In this document: one piece after another, positions 19,648 through 26,096 of the stretch
Numbering within the stretch: position 1 is the first letter of the stretch
How the letters are laid out: each line of letters opens with the position of its first letter
Origin: an uncultured virus (IMG/VR IMGVR_UViG_3300002038_000007)
Lineage: Duplodnaviria > Heunggongvirae > Uroviricota > Caudoviricetes
Length of the DNA stretch: 64,000 nt
IMG/VR virus record: IMGVR_UViG_3300002038_000007
Direction: 5' to 3' (one strand)
Program-made: the position numbers and the translations under genes
Notes under the pieces: model-generated
The model's input: the letters and a program-made list of their open reading frames with translations, nothing else
The model's database searches: none
What the model was told of the DNA's origin: nothing

Positions 19648-19681
19648 GGTCCCCTCGGAGAAATCCCTGGGGGCCTTTTTT
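19648..19681 (+). terminator. Intrinsic terminator (attenuator 2)
   Basis: GGTCCCC-TCGGAGAAATCCCT-GGGGGCC-TTTTTT. Confidence 0.85.
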
Positions 19682-19689
19682 GTGTCAAC

Positions 19690-19764
19690 GCCTCTGTAGC
19701 TGAGAAGGATTAGCGCCGGTTTGAAGAACCGGAGAGGGCGGCTCGATACCGTCTGGGGGCACCA
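19690..19764 (+). tRNA. tRNA-Phe(GAA)
   Basis: CCGGT-TTGAAGA-ACCGG; CCA. Confidence 0.88.
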
Positions 19765-19784
19765 AACAAGGAGAGTAAAGCGAA

Positions 19785-19857
19785 GGGTAGGAGCCAGGGC
19801 AGTGGGCACGGTCTGTAAAACCGACGCCAGAGGGTTCGAGACCTTCCCTACCCACCA
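19785..19857 (+). tRNA. tRNA-Tyr(GTA), short variable loop
   Basis: CGGT-CTGTAAA-ACCG; acceptor GGGTAGG/CCTACCC; CCA. Confidence 0.85.
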
Positions 19858-19858
19858 T

Positions 19859-19932
19859 GCGGGATTCGTCTAATGGCAAGACAGCGGTCTCCAAAACCGA
19901 CAATGGAGGTTCGATTTCTCCATCCCGTGCCA
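19859..19932 (+). tRNA. tRNA-Trp(CCA)
   Basis: CGGT-CTCCAAA-ACCG; G73 CCA. Confidence 0.9.
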
Positions 19933-19938
19933 AATTAA

Positions 19939-20024
19939 GGATGGTTGGCAGAGTGGTAATGCAGCGCCCTGCTAAGGCGTACAAGGGCAACCTTGCGTTG
20001 GTTCGATCCCAACACCATCCGCCA
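19939..20024 (+). tRNA. tRNA-Ser(GCT)
   Basis: GCGCC-CTGCTAA-GGCGT; long variable arm; CCA. Confidence 0.92.
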
Positions 20025-20025
20025 T

Positions 20026-20101
20026 GATCCGGTAACGCAGAGGCCGACGTGCCTGGCTGCAAACCAGGAATACGCCGGTTCGACTCCGGCCCGGATCTCC
20101 A
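20026..20101 (+). tRNA. tRNA-Cys(GCA)
   Basis: CCTGG-CTGCAAA-CCAGG; U73 CCA. Confidence 0.9.
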
Positions 20102-20102
20102 A

Positions 20103-20189
20103 GGAGGAGAGGTGTATTGGCGGCATAACCGGTCCTGAAAACCGTCCGACCGCAAGGTCGTGTGGGTTCGATTCCCACCTCCTCCGCCA
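20103..20189 (+). tRNA. tRNA-Ser(TGA)
   Basis: CGGT-CCTGAAA-ACCG (C at position 33); long variable arm; CCA. Confidence 0.85.
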
Positions 20190-20199
20190 ACATTTTTGA

Positions 20200-20229
20200 T
20201 TGACAGTCTTATCAACTTATGCGTAACAG
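20200..20229 (+). promoter_or_regulatory. Probable promoter, tRNA module 3
   Basis: TTGACA at 20200-05 within imperfect palindrome TTGACAGTCTTATCAA; weak -10 (TAACAG). Confidence 0.55.
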
Positions 20230-20243
20230 TCATTATCTCTCTC

Positions 20244-20381
20244 ATGGCGAGACCAGCGATGACTATATTTTGCACACGAACAGTCGTCACAATAATCGGG
20301 CAGACCAGCGTCGTCCGTACCAATAAACGCGCCATGACGATGAAGACCATTCGAAATATCCGGCGACATAGACGCGGCTAA
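20244..20381 (+). CDS. Arg/His/Lys/Met/Thr/Ile/Val/Asn-rich leader peptide, 45 aa
   Basis: MARPAMTIFCTRTVVTIIGQTSVVRTNKRAMTMKTIRNIRRHRRG; 35 of 45 residues match the downstream tRNA set. Confidence 0.75.
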   Translation: MARPAMTIFCTRTVVTIIGQTSVVRTNKRAMTMKTIRNIRRHRRG

Positions 20382-20389
20382 TCAACTAG

Positions 20390-20465
20390 CTCCGCGTCGC
20401 CAACTGGACAGGCAGCCAGTCTTCTAAACTGGTTTGTGTGGGTTCGAATCCCGCCGCGGAGTCCA
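20390..20465 (+). tRNA. tRNA-Arg(TCT)
   Basis: CCAGT-CTTCTAA-ACTGG; CCA. Confidence 0.9.
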
Positions 20466-20466
20466 T

Positions 20467-20543
20467 GGTGGCCGTAGCTTAGTGGTAAAAGCGCTGGATT
20501 GTGACTCCAGAGATCGTCGGTTCAAATCCGATCGGCCACCCCA
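20467..20543 (+). tRNA. tRNA-His(GTG) with G-1:C73
   Basis: CTGGA-TTGTGAC-TCCAG; G-GTGGCCG/CGGCCAC-C-CCA. Confidence 0.92.
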
Positions 20544-20549
20544 ATCACC

Positions 20550-20625
20550 CCGCTCGTAGCTCAACAGGAAGAGTCGATGAGTCCTAATCATCAGGTTGCA
20601 AGTTCGAGTCCTGCCGGGAGCCCCA
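20550..20625 (+). tRNA. tRNA-Arg(CCT), acceptor stem defective (possible pseudogene)
   Basis: GATGA-GTCCTAA-TCATC; 5' strand GCTCG versus 3' CGGGAGC looks like a 2-nt deletion. Confidence 0.65.
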
Positions 20626-20630
20626 ATCAT

Positions 20631-20706
20631 GCCCATGTAGCTCAACTGGATGAGCAGCGGTCTACGAAGCCGCGTGATGGAGGTTCGAGTCCTCTCATGG
20701 GCTCCA
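20631..20706 (+). tRNA. tRNA-Arg(ACG)
   Basis: GCGGT-CTACGAA-GCCGC; CCA. Confidence 0.9.
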
Positions 20707-20747
20707 TCCACGAAACACGTCCACGAAAAGATCAATTCGTGGATATC

Positions 20748-20821
20748 GGGCCACAAGCATAGTGGCGATGCGTCGGCCTCTTAACCCGATGAGCACAGTT
20801 CAATTCTGTGGTGGCCTTCCA
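20748..20821 (+). tRNA. tRNA-Lys(CTT)
   Basis: TCGGC-CTCTTAA-CCCGA; CCA. Confidence 0.85.
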
Positions 20822-20846
20822 GAAAGGAGAATGTGACGTTTAATGA

Positions 20847-20920
20847 TCCTGCGTAGCTCAATGGTAGAGCGGGTCGCTCATAACGATTTGACGGTGGTTC
20901 GATTCCACCCGCAGGTACCA
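20847..20920 (+). tRNA. tRNA-Met or Ile2 (CAT)
   Basis: GGTCG-CTCATAA-CGATT; CCA; Met versus Ile2 not resolvable by eye. Confidence 0.85.
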
Positions 20921-20921
20921 C

Positions 20922-20998
20922 GCCCTCGTAACTCAGTGGTCAGAGTAGCTGTTTTGTAATCAGCCGGTCGCGGGTTCGAATCCTCGCCGAGGGCTCCA
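20922..20998 (+). tRNA. tRNA-Thr(TGT)
   Basis: GCTGT-TTTGTAA-TCAGC; CCA. Confidence 0.9.
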
Positions 20999-21001
20999 TT
21001 T

Positions 21002-21075
21002 GCTGGCGTAGCTCAATAGTAGAGCATTCGGCTGATAACCGGACGACGGTGGGGCAGAACCATCCGCCAGTACCA
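21002..21075 (+). tRNA. tRNA-Ile(GAT)
   Basis: TTCGG-CTGATAA-CCGGA; atypical T-loop GGCAGAA; CCA. Confidence 0.85.
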
Positions 21076-21076
21076 T

Positions 21077-21154
21077 AGAAGGGTAGCTCAGCCTGGCCAG
21101 AGCTGCGGTGTTACATACCGCGAGTCGTCGGTTCGAATCCGGCCCCTTCTACCA
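21077..21154 (+). tRNA. tRNA-Val(TAC)
   Basis: GCGGT-GTTACAT-ACCGC; CCA. Confidence 0.9.
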
Positions 21155-21156
21155 GT

Positions 21157-21234
21157 TCCAGGCTGGGGGAATGGTAGACCCGGCTGGCTGTTAACCAGCG
21201 TCTTTTCTCGGTTCGAGTCCGAGGCCTGGAGCCA
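21157..21234 (+). tRNA. tRNA-Asn(GTT)
   Basis: GCTGG-CTGTTAA-CCAGC; CCA. Confidence 0.9.
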
Positions 21235-21247
21235 ATTTTTCTGATGA

Positions 21248-21323
21248 GGGTGTGGGGCCGCACGGCGACGGCAAGATCCTTTTAAGTTCTAGGCAGCAGG
21301 TTCGACTCCTGTCACACCCTCCA
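21248..21323 (+). tRNA. tRNA-Lys(TTT)
   Basis: AGATC-CTTTTAA-GTTCT; acceptor GGGTGTG/CACACCC; CCA. Confidence 0.85.
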
Positions 21324-21603
21324 ATGCTCGGCACATGAGGATGACACGGCGCGACGGTTTTCTTCTGCCGTTGACGAGACGTTCGATGTAGTCTGGGGAG
21401 TAACCTAGAAGTTCGCCGACAGGCGCATAATCGCTTTTGATGCCGGGATGACCTGTGTCGTAATTATGTTCTAAAAACCATTCTCGAAAATTGAATTGCT
21501 CTGGACCGCCCGGTTCCTCGCCGGGCTCGATATCGTCGTATGCCCCACCGGGTCGCCCGCTCGGCTGTTCGGTAGGGTTGGTCGCGGCTGGTTGCGGTTG
21601 CAT
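21289..21603 (-). CDS. XRE-type HTH protein with Gln/Pro/Ala/Glu/Gly/Asp-rich N-terminus (putative autorepressor of tRNA module 4)
   Basis: AAGGA RBS; VGELLGYSPDYIERLVNGRRKPS HTH; last gene of the minus-strand tRNA operon. Confidence 0.8.
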   Translation of the reverse strand: MQPQPAATNPTEQPSGRPGGAYDDIEPGEEPGGPEQFNFREWFLEHNYDTGHPGIKSDYAPVGELLGYSPDYIERLVNGRRKPSRRVILMCRALEGVTGVEPAA

Positions 21604-21622
21604 GACGGTTTCCTTCGAGGGT

Positions 21623-21699
21623 TGGCAGGTCGGGCGGGATTCGAACCCACGATCCTGAATTCAAAGTCCAGAGCATTAGGCCAACTATGCTACCGACCA
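21623..21699 (-). tRNA. tRNA-Gln(TTG)
   Basis: Reverse complement: CTGGA-CTTTGAA-TTCAG; CCA. Confidence 0.9.
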
Positions 21700-21711
21700 G
21701 CAAGAGGGGAT

Positions 21712-21786
21712 TGGCAGCCGCACTAGGACTTGAACCTAGAACATCCACATTCAGAGTGTGGCGCTCTACCATTGAGCTATACGGCA
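21712..21786 (-). tRNA. tRNA-Gln(CTG)
   Basis: CCACA-CTCTGAA-TGTGG; CCA. Confidence 0.9.
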
Positions 21787-21796
21787 TTACCAAGAA

Positions 21797-21870
21797 TGGA
21801 GCGGGAGACGGGAATCGAACCCGTGTCATCAGTTTGGAAGACTGCGGCTCTACCATTGAGCTACACCCGC
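21797..21870 (-). tRNA. tRNA-Gly(TCC)
   Basis: CAGT-CTTCCAA-ACTG; GCGGG acceptor, U73 CCA. Confidence 0.92.
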
Positions 21871-21923
21871 TTAGCTTCCGCCGCCTCCTGAGTAGCTGCC
21901 CCATATGATAAGGCGGCGGAATT

Positions 21924-22001
21924 TGGAGCTGCTGACCGGATTCGAACCGGCATTTTCCAGAGTGAAAATCTGGAGTCCTAGTCCTGTTAGACGACAGCAG
22001 C
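21924..22001 (-). tRNA. tRNA-Glu(TTC)
   Basis: CCAGA-TTTTCAC-TCTGG; CCA. Confidence 0.9.
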
Positions 22002-22006
22002 AAAAC

Positions 22007-22082
22007 TGGCGAGCGTAAGGGGATTCGAACCCCTGTTGTCGGATAGACAATCCGAAGTCCTAGGCCTCTGGACGATACGCCC
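22007..22082 (-). tRNA. tRNA-Asp(GTC)
   Basis: TCGGA-TTGTCTA-TCCGA; CCA. Confidence 0.9.
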
Positions 22083-22087
22083 GTTGT

Positions 22088-22163
22088 TGGAACCGCCAAC
22101 CGGATTTGAACCGGTGTTTTCAGGTTGAGAACCTGATGTCCTTGACCGCTAGACGATGGCGAT
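22088..22163 (-). tRNA. tRNA-Glu(CTC)
   Basis: TCAGG-TTCTCAA-CCTGA; CCA. Confidence 0.9.
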
Positions 22164-22164
22164 T

Positions 22165-22240
22165 TGGTCAGGGTGGCTGGCACTGCCCCAGCGACCCCCT
22201 GCTTCCAAGGCAGGTACTCTGCTAGCTGAGCTACACCCTG
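22165..22240 (-). tRNA. tRNA-Pro(TGG)
   Basis: CCTGC-CTTGGAA-GCAGG; atypical T-loop GGCAGTG; CCA. Confidence 0.88.
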
Positions 22241-22241
22241 T

Positions 22242-22316
22242 TGGTGGATCTGGCAGGATTCGAACCCGCAACCTTCGCTGTGCAAAAGCGCTGCTCTCCC
22301 GTTGAGCTACAAACCC
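22242..22316 (-). tRNA. tRNA-Ala(TGC)
   Basis: CGCT-TTTGCAC-AGCG; G3:U70; CCA. Confidence 0.92.
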
Positions 22317-22329
22317 GATGATGTGGAGA

Positions 22330-22358
22330 TACTTAACGGACAAAATCCGTTAAGTCAA
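22330..22358 (-). promoter_or_regulatory. Promoter of tRNA module 4 with overlapping palindromic operator
   Basis: Minus strand TTGACT, 17 nt, TAAGTA; perfect inverted repeat ACTTAACGGA-N5-TCCGTTAAGT (22331-55) spans it. Confidence 0.8.
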
Positions 22359-22381
22359 TTATGGAATGATCGGCTGGTGAT

Positions 22382-22630
22382 CTAAGTATCTAGCTCTATC
22401 GTCACCATCATACCTTCAATCGGCAGGATCACAGGCGGGCTCTTAGGCACACGCCACAGCGCGCCCCTGCTATTCAAAATGAACCAGAACCCATCGACGA
22501 ATTTGTAGGTGGTGCCATCGCGGCATGGTGGCTTTGGGAGAGGCGTTGGGGGCGATGCGAGCGACGCGGCGCAGACTGGTATGGATGCGAAACCGATGGG
22601 AGCGGATCGAAGGAAGTCTCGACGGTTCAT
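22382..22630 (-). CDS. Small hypothetical protein with Tat-like N-terminus
   Basis: MNRRDFLR; ATGA overlap with upstream gene. Confidence 0.5.
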   Translation of the reverse strand: MNRRDFLRSAPIGFASIPVCAASLASPPTPLPKPPCRDGTTYKFVDGFWFILNSRGALWRVPKSPPVILPIEGMMVTIELDT

Positions 22631-23346
22631 GGGCTGTTATTAAAACAGTAAATGCATCGGTCTAATCCAATGGCGATCTCTAACACAGCAACGTCTTTGT
22701 TTTTTATTTGCGTAGGAAAGTCGGTTCGCTTTGAAATGGAGCACAGCTCCATCCACTTTTCGCCATTGTTGACTTCGACGTCCATTGTCAAGGTCGAGTA
22801 AGAGGGCAGCCGGTCGGATTCAATAATCCTTGTTGGCAATCCAAGGGCTTGATGAAACATCGCCTCAGCGTGTGGCCAAAATGACCCGTGGTAGTCATTT
22901 CCGCTATCGGCAGAGTAAGCACATTGAAATTCGAGCTGGTAGAATTCCTTCAGTCTCATATGCTTCACGGGCTGGATTTGCTCTCGTCGGAAGGACTTCC
23001 CGTATTGCCAGCAGCAGTATGGCAAACGGACTTTGTCATGTGACTCTAGTCGCTGCATCATATGAGCATAAGACGACGCGGTTGTTTCGGGGCGAAGGAT
23101 TAACCAGTGATCATGCTCGTCGGCGACGCGTTGATCAAAGACATCGGTCTCTGCGTCATAGGCGTCAGACAACAAGTTGACCGGCATAAGCAATGGTGCT
23201 TCGATTTGTTCAAATGACCATGCCTGATTCATGCCTAACAGGCGATCACGAACTGATATCGAAAAGAAGTCGATCAACCAGTTTCTGGTCTTGATGTCCT
23301 TCTCTGACCATGTCACCAGCCCGTTGATATCGAAAGTATTATCCAT
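22627..23346 (-). CDS. Class II aminoacyl-tRNA synthetase catalytic core (GlyRS alpha2-like), no anticodon-binding domain
   Basis: LRPETT, motif 2 QYGKSFRRE...RLKEFYQLEFQ, motif 3 LEIAIGLDR; only 239 aa. Confidence 0.85.
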   Translation of the reverse strand: MDNTFDINGLVTWSEKDIKTRNWLIDFFSISVRDRLLGMNQAWSFEQIEAPLLMPVNLLSDAYDAETDVFDQRVADEHDHWLILRPETTASSYAHMMQRLESHDKVRLPYCCWQYGKSFRREQIQPVKHMRLKEFYQLEFQCAYSADSGNDYHGSFWPHAEAMFHQALGLPTRIIESDRLPSYSTLTMDVEVNNGEKWMELCSISKRTDFPTQIKNKDVAVLEIAIGLDRCIYCFNNSP

Positions 23347-23836
23347 CAGGGAGATCCACCAACGCCTTTAACTTCTGGGCAAGAAACTCACATTCTGCGG
23401 TAACGTAGGCAAGATCACGATAAGGAGGCGGGAGGGGTTGGAAAGACAAGTGTTGCATCATCTCCCTCTCTCGAGAAACCATAGCTGGTAGCAAATCGGA
23501 ACCATGGGCGCAGTCAAACCCAAACCACCAAACATGATCGGATTCGCCTTCGCCTGGAATATGGCAGATAGAGTTCTTTTCATCACCTTCGGAACAAGGG
23601 CCGCTGAAGGTGAGTCCACCGTGAACATCGAAGTCGATATCGGCGTAGTTTTTTTCAAAAAACGGATGCCTTCGCTCGACACCAACGTAGCCGCACAAAC
23701 CGCCGAAACGATTGCGCACGATCAGACAAGGGAGCCCCGTCTCCTTGTCCTTCCATTGTTTTTTGTCAGGCTCGTCCTGCCAAGCGCCGTCCCCCCAGTC
23801 TGACTTATCCATCGTTTGATAGGTTATCGTTTCCAT
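23339..23836 (-). CDS. Conserved phage hypothetical protein
   Basis: LCGYVGV...HP...VHGGLTFS...WWFGFDCAH motif recognised from phage proteins. Confidence 0.7.
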   Translation of the reverse strand: METITYQTMDKSDWGDGAWQDEPDKKQWKDKETGLPCLIVRNRFGGLCGYVGVERRHPFFEKNYADIDFDVHGGLTFSGPCSEGDEKNSICHIPGEGESDHVWWFGFDCAHGSDLLPAMVSREREMMQHLSFQPLPPPYRDLAYVTAECEFLAQKLKALVDLPDG

Positions 23837-23930
23837 TTTACTCCCAATTCTTATTTTTTCGTGGCTCTCTCAAATCATAGACTCACTTCAATTTCAACGC
23901 TAAAAAGAAAGAAAATGGGCAACAACCATC

Positions 23931-24278
23931 ATGAAACTAGCGCTCGTCACCATTATTTCACCACTGCTCGTCGGTCCTTTGAGTCCAGTCGTGGCAAGCG
24001 ACATTGTGATTGAAAGGAATATTCCCGGCCGGCCAACGTCTTTGTTGGGCCACAACCCGCTGCTCGATGGCGTCGATCTCGAGACCCAGGTGAAAATGGC
24101 TCAAGACTTGCATGATCAGATCAATTTGGAAATCCGCCGCCTACAGGGGCTTCTCCAAAAACTACGCGCCCAAAGCGCAGAACACATCGAAGAAATCAAC
24201 GCGATAACCGATGAGATTGACGATGCTCGCACGGTGTTCAGCCTCCCTGGCCTGGAAGGCCAAGCTCTAAGCGATTAA
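23931..24278 (+). CDS. Secreted coiled-coil hypothetical protein
   Basis: Signal-peptide-like N-terminus, heptad pattern. Confidence 0.5.
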   Translation: MKLALVTIISPLLVGPLSPVVASDIVIERNIPGRPTSLLGHNPLLDGVDLETQVKMAQDLHDQINLEIRRLQGLLQKLRAQSAEHIEEINAITDEIDDARTVFSLPGLEGQALSD

Positions 24279-24371
24279 TGCGTTAAGGCTAGATAAGACT
24301 GTAAACTAAAGGCTCAAAAAAACAAGAAACCCTGGCTATCTGTGTGCCGGGCAAAAAAGAGAGCTACTGTG

Positions 24372-25250
24372 ATGTCCGAAGTCATCAATACGCCCGAACT
24401 GGCGCATCGTCTTGATATGCTCACGGTCAGAATTGAAGAGCGCGAAAAGGCCGCGGCTGCTCAAGAACAATTAAGAGAGAAGGCTGGCACCGCCATTGAT
24501 TGGCGGGCCATGATCTCAGCGGCGGGCCTTGCGACGATGGCTGTCAGCACCATTGGGACGATGTTTGTTGGCGGGGCCATCAATGCCGCTTTCGAAAAAG
24601 AACTGGATCCCCTGAAAAACTCCGGCATTCGCTATGCGGGCCGAATTGACTCGCTTGAAAACGAGGTTGCCGTCCAATCCGCGACAATGGTGACTGAAAC
24701 CGAAGGGGCAATCAGAAACGCTGAAAAGCTGGTTGCTCAGATTGAGCAGGATTTGGAACGGGCCTTTAGTGATCAAGACAAATTGAACACCAAGATCGAA
24801 TCCCTTGAAACCGACGTCACTGGCTCGATCAGTGAAGTTCGGTTTGATGAAAAACTCTCAGAAATATCCGCCGAACGAAGCCGCGCGATTGAGCGGGTAA
24901 GGGAAGGGCTTGCTGATGATATTTCGCGCCTTACTCAAGTGGAGGATGAGACGGGGCGAAATATCGACGATCTCAAAGATCGATTGGCGCAAACGCTGGG
25001 CGTTGCGGTCTTCGAAGAGCGGTTCACATTCCTTCGTGAACAAAGGGAAGACGATCTTGCGGTTCTACGTGAACAGCGCAAGAATGACCAGGCCGCCTTG
25101 TTTCGCATCATCGGCGACCGCATTACACCCCGGATTGTCACGATCGAACATCGGCTGGATAGGCTGGATGAGCGCATTCAAGGCATTGCCCTTTCCCTCT
25201 CCAAAATTAATCAAGGCAACAACGTTAGCTATCGTCCTGGCGGGGCGTAG
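24372..25250 (+). CDS. Membrane-anchored coiled-coil protein
   Basis: One hydrophobic helix then long E/R-rich coiled coil; start at second Met. Confidence 0.6.
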   Translation: MSEVINTPELAHRLDMLTVRIEEREKAAAAQEQLREKAGTAIDWRAMISAAGLATMAVSTIGTMFVGGAINAAFEKELDPLKNSGIRYAGRIDSLENEVAVQSATMVTETEGAIRNAEKLVAQIEQDLERAFSDQDKLNTKIESLETDVTGSISEVRFDEKLSEISAERSRAIERVREGLADDISRLTQVEDETGRNIDDLKDRLAQTLGVAVFEERFTFLREQREDDLAVLREQRKNDQAALFRIIGDRITPRIVTIEHRLDRLDERIQGIALSLSKINQGNNVSYRPGGA

Positions 25251-25268
25251 AAACAGCGATGTTCGCAC

Positions 25269-25547
25269 ATGATTATGCTCAACCTGGAACAGGCCATCGT
25301 CGGCGGGTTATTGTTTTTACTCCCCGTCGTGCTTTTTCTGTGGGCAAAGGATCGATATTTTTTCCGCAAAGAAATCGACTTTTTACATGAGCGCGAACGT
25401 AACATGACCGAATATCACCGACGATCAATTGATGTGGCGAACACCAGAGCTGACGTCAACATGGATAAAATTGAGCAGCTAACGATAGCCTTCAACGCTG
25501 TCTATAAGCTAATGAAGGCAACGAAGAAGTCACAAGGCGGACGTTAA
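25269..25547 (+). CDS. Small membrane protein (holin-like candidate)
   Basis: N-terminal TM segment, basic tail, lysis-region context. Confidence 0.4.
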   Translation: MIMLNLEQAIVGGLLFLLPVVLFLWAKDRYFFRKEIDFLHERERNMTEYHRRSIDVANTRADVNMDKIEQLTIAFNAVYKLMKATKKSQGGR

Positions 25548-25568
25548 TCAATAGACAGGAGAACTGTC

Positions 25569-26066
25569 ATGAGTGCTTGGGATGATCTTTACTATTACAG
25601 AGTTCGTGTTCACCGTTGCTATGACGGCGACAGTATTACTGAGGCTGAAGTTCGCCTCGGCTTTAATGTGCTTATGGAAAAGCAAGAACTTCGGTTTTTT
25701 GCGGTGGACACCCCGGAGATGAGAACCAAGGTAAAAATCGAAAAACGCCTTGCAAAAACCGCGCTCGATTTCGTGATGGAGCTTTTGCCGGAAGACGATG
25801 AAGGGCTGCTGCTCAGCATCAAAGACAAATCCGGAAAATTTGGCCGCGCGCTCGGCTATCTCTTCACCAATGCTGATGGTGAGCTTGATCACCTTGATGG
25901 TCTGCCACCCCCGGAGATGAGCATCAACCACATGCTCATAAGAAATCACCTGGCCTATGAGTATTATGGCGGGAAGAAACCCACCTCTTCACCGGGTTTC
26001 TGGCAAAAGCATTACCTCAAGCATCGTAATGTGTTAGATCCTTTGCTAGAACGGTATGGTCATTAA
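25569..26066 (+). CDS. Thermonuclease (SNase family)
   Basis: RCYDGDS, LRFFAVDTPE, GKFGRALG, INHMLIRNHLAYEYYGG. Confidence 0.85.
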   Translation: MSAWDDLYYYRVRVHRCYDGDSITEAEVRLGFNVLMEKQELRFFAVDTPEMRTKVKIEKRLAKTALDFVMELLPEDDEGLLLSIKDKSGKFGRALGYLFTNADGELDHLDGLPPPEMSINHMLIRNHLAYEYYGGKKPTSSPGFWQKHYLKHRNVLDPLLERYGH

Positions 26067-26096
26067 TCAATCAAGAGCCTGAAAAGGGCCAAAACG

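Noticed and set aside
19685..20350. 221-aa minus-strand ORF and other ORFs across the tRNA array (e.g. 21464..22285)
   Set aside because: They lie wholly over tRNA cloverleafs and are shadow ORFs with no protein motifs
20822..20846. AAAGGAG-ATG-TGA mini-ORF before tRNA(CAT), and AAGGAG at 19768
   Set aside because: RBS spacing is too short and there is no supporting structure; cannot be distinguished from chance
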